This document shows positions 62,597 through 64,000 of a stretch of DNA of 64,000 bases, piece after piece. The stretch covers positions 432,527 through 496,526 of the forward strand of contig BPJG01000001.1 of assembly GCA_026004495.1 (NCBI GenBank), written 5' to 3'. The translations under genes and the position numbers were made by a program. The DNA is from Candidatus Parcubacteria bacterium. Its GTDB lineage: Bacteria; Patescibacteriota; Minisyncoccia; UBA6257; HR35. Under the pieces are notes generated by a model. It had not been told where the DNA came from. It worked only from the letters and a program-made list of their open reading frames with translations, and made no database searches. How positions within the stretch are numbered: position 1 is the first letter of the stretch; the number at the start of each line of letters is the position of its first letter.

Positions 62597-64000
62597 TGAT
62601 AGTTGTCTATAATGAATTCGATAATAAACCTCAGTTTAATATCGAACAACCAATTATTCCACTAATAGCTAATAATCATTGGTTTTTATTTTCTTTTGAT
62701 CGACGAAGTGTATATTTTGGCTACTGGATGGCAATTGAGAAAAAATTTTACAAGATTGTTGAAAAAATTAACATTTATGAGGACATAAAAAAAATAGAAA
62801 TAATAAATGAAAAAAAAATTGTTTTAATTACCAAGAACAATAAAATAAATTTATTTTTAGATTCTCAAGGATTCAATCTAACTGCTGAAAAATATATTTT
62901 ACTAGATATAGATTTTGATTTTAGAAAAATTTATGAAACCGAAATTAAAAATATAAATTTTAATATTATTTCTCAAAATAATTCTTTTGTTATTTTTTTT
63001 GATAATTTAGACGTAAATGTATTTTTTGAAGGAAATTTAAGCTATATTAATCAGAAAATTTATGTAAATTATGATTATGATTTAAAAAGAAAATCTAATT
63101 TTTATCAAAATGAAATTTATAAACTATTTAAAGGTTGGGTAATTAATTTAAAAATTTTTTCTTCCCAAAAAAAGATTGAAAAAAATATTGAGATTAATTA
63201 CGAAAATAATTTAAAAAATTTTATTATAAAAAGAATTTTTTCTTTATATTCAACCAGCCAAGGATTTAGGGCAGGATTGCCTTGGTTTCCTCAAAGATGG
63301 TTTCGAGATGAATTAATATCTCTTTTATTTTTAGATAATAATTTTGATAAATCTAAAATAATTTACTTTTATTTAGAAAATTTAGAAGAAATATGGAATA
63401 GAAATAGGGAAGATAATTATATTTTGGCAGTAGACACATTGCCTTTATTAATTGTTAACCTCGAAAATAAAATTATAGAAGAAAAAAAAGATTTTTTGAT
63501 TTGTTTATTAAGAAAATGGGAAAATTTATTTAATTTTTATCAAGATAATTTACCACCTCAATCAACTTGGATGGATACCATAGAGAGGAAGCGAGCTATT
63601 GAAATAGATTTTTTATATTATTTATCTTTATTAAGATTAGGACTAATGAATGAAGCAAAAAAATTTAAGATTTTTATTAAAAATAAAATTTTCACTAATA
63701 ATTATCCACAAGATGAATTTTTAAGACCTAATTTATTTTTTGTTTATTTTTTAGATAAAAATTTTTTTAATAGAGAGCAATGGATAGATTTTTTTGATAA
63801 CTTGATGGCTAATAATTATCTTGAATGGGGAGGATTTAGTTCAATTAGTAAGTTTAATCCTAATTTTATTAAAAACTATAGTGGCGAGTTACCTTATAGC
63901 TATCATCAGGGTGATTCATGGTTTTGGTTAAATAATTTAGCCTATTATGCCTTAAATGATTTAAATTATGATAATAAATATTATTTAAAAATAAGTAAAG
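62596..64000 (+). CDS. Glycogen debranching enzyme / amylo-alpha-1,6-glucosidase family protein (3'-partial)
   Basis: 'GLPWFPQRWFRDE' and 'YHQGDSWFWLN' are hallmark motifs of the amylo-alpha-1,6-glucosidase (six-hairpin) domain. The ORF runs off the window end. Confidence 0.7.
   Translation, partial: MIVVYNEFDNKPQFNIEQPIIPLIANNHWFLFSFDRRSVYFGYWMAIEKKFYKIVEKINIYEDIKKIEIINEKKIVLITKNNKINLFLDSQGFNLTAEKYILLDIDFDFRKIYETEIKNINFNIISQNNSFVIFFDNLDVNVFFEGNLSYINQKIYVNYDYDLKRKSNFYQNEIYKLFKGWVINLKIFSSQKKIEKNIEINYENNLKNFIIKRIFSLYSTSQGFRAGLPWFPQRWFRDELISLLFLDNNFDKSKIIYFYLENLEEIWNRNREDNYILAVDTLPLLIVNLENKIIEEKKDFLICLLRKWENLFNFYQDNLPPQSTWMDTIERKRAIEIDFLYYLSLLRLGLMNEAKKFKIFIKNKIFTNNYPQDEFLRPNLFFVYFLDKNFFNREQWIDFFDNLMANNYLEWGGFSSISKFNPNFIKNYSGELPYSYHQGDSWFWLNNLAYYALNDLNYDNKYYLKISK

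Overview
This is a very AT-rich (about 28-30% GC by eye), gene-dense bacterial chromosomal window. The gene content suggests a reduced-genome, CPR/Patescibacteria-like lineage. That inference rests on a short 1072-aa RpoB, RF1 lacking domain 1, an archease, a GT3 glycogen synthase, L23 with a low-complexity extension, and a compact type IV pilus/competence locus. TGA behaves as a normal stop (for example it ends dcd and thpR), so the standard code applies.

Gene content, 5' to 3':
- A partial hypothetical ORF, then rpoB-rpoC and tuf-rpsJ-rplC-rplD-rplW. The S10 operon stops abruptly after rplW.
- Immediately after rplW come three tandem, minus-strand, Cys-rich secreted paralog genes, plus a divergently transcribed soluble TrwB/TraD-like P-loop ATPase with a C-terminal zinc ribbon. 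This ATPase overlaps and is probably translationally coupled to efp.
- A housekeeping block follows: trpS, murD, archease, rpmA, rnhB, dnaE, thpR, tsf, rpsB, rpmE, prfA, trxB-like, gpmI, rny, hup, dcd and pyrG.
- Next are a signal-peptide gene interrupted by a single in-frame TGA, then glk, an L,D-transpeptidase/M23 fusion, rsmI, tpiA and rsmE.
- A DNA-uptake/type IV pilus locus follows: comFC, pilM, pilN, pilO, pilB, pilT, pilC, a major pilin and pilD, with four minus-strand minor-pilin genes further on. It is interleaved with secD, greA, ligA, a holA-like gene and uvrB.
- The window ends with tRNA-Ile(GAT), an Nramp-like transporter, an adk-like kinase, map, a GT3 glycogen synthase and a partial glycogen debranching enzyme.

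Most notable observations:
1. The three-paralog plus TrwB-like ATPase module sits inside what is normally a contiguous ribosomal-protein operon.
2. GC-rich, imperfectly palindromic or direct-repeat elements are present in-frame inside two conserved housekeeping genes, pyrG and glk. They resemble Rickettsia palindromic elements (RPEs).
3. An Nramp-like gene has its conserved N-terminal motif in frame but no canonical start codon, beginning 5 nt after the tRNA-Ile.
4. RF1 lacks domain 1.
5. There is a perfect TTGACA-N17-TATAAT promoter upstream of the tRNA.
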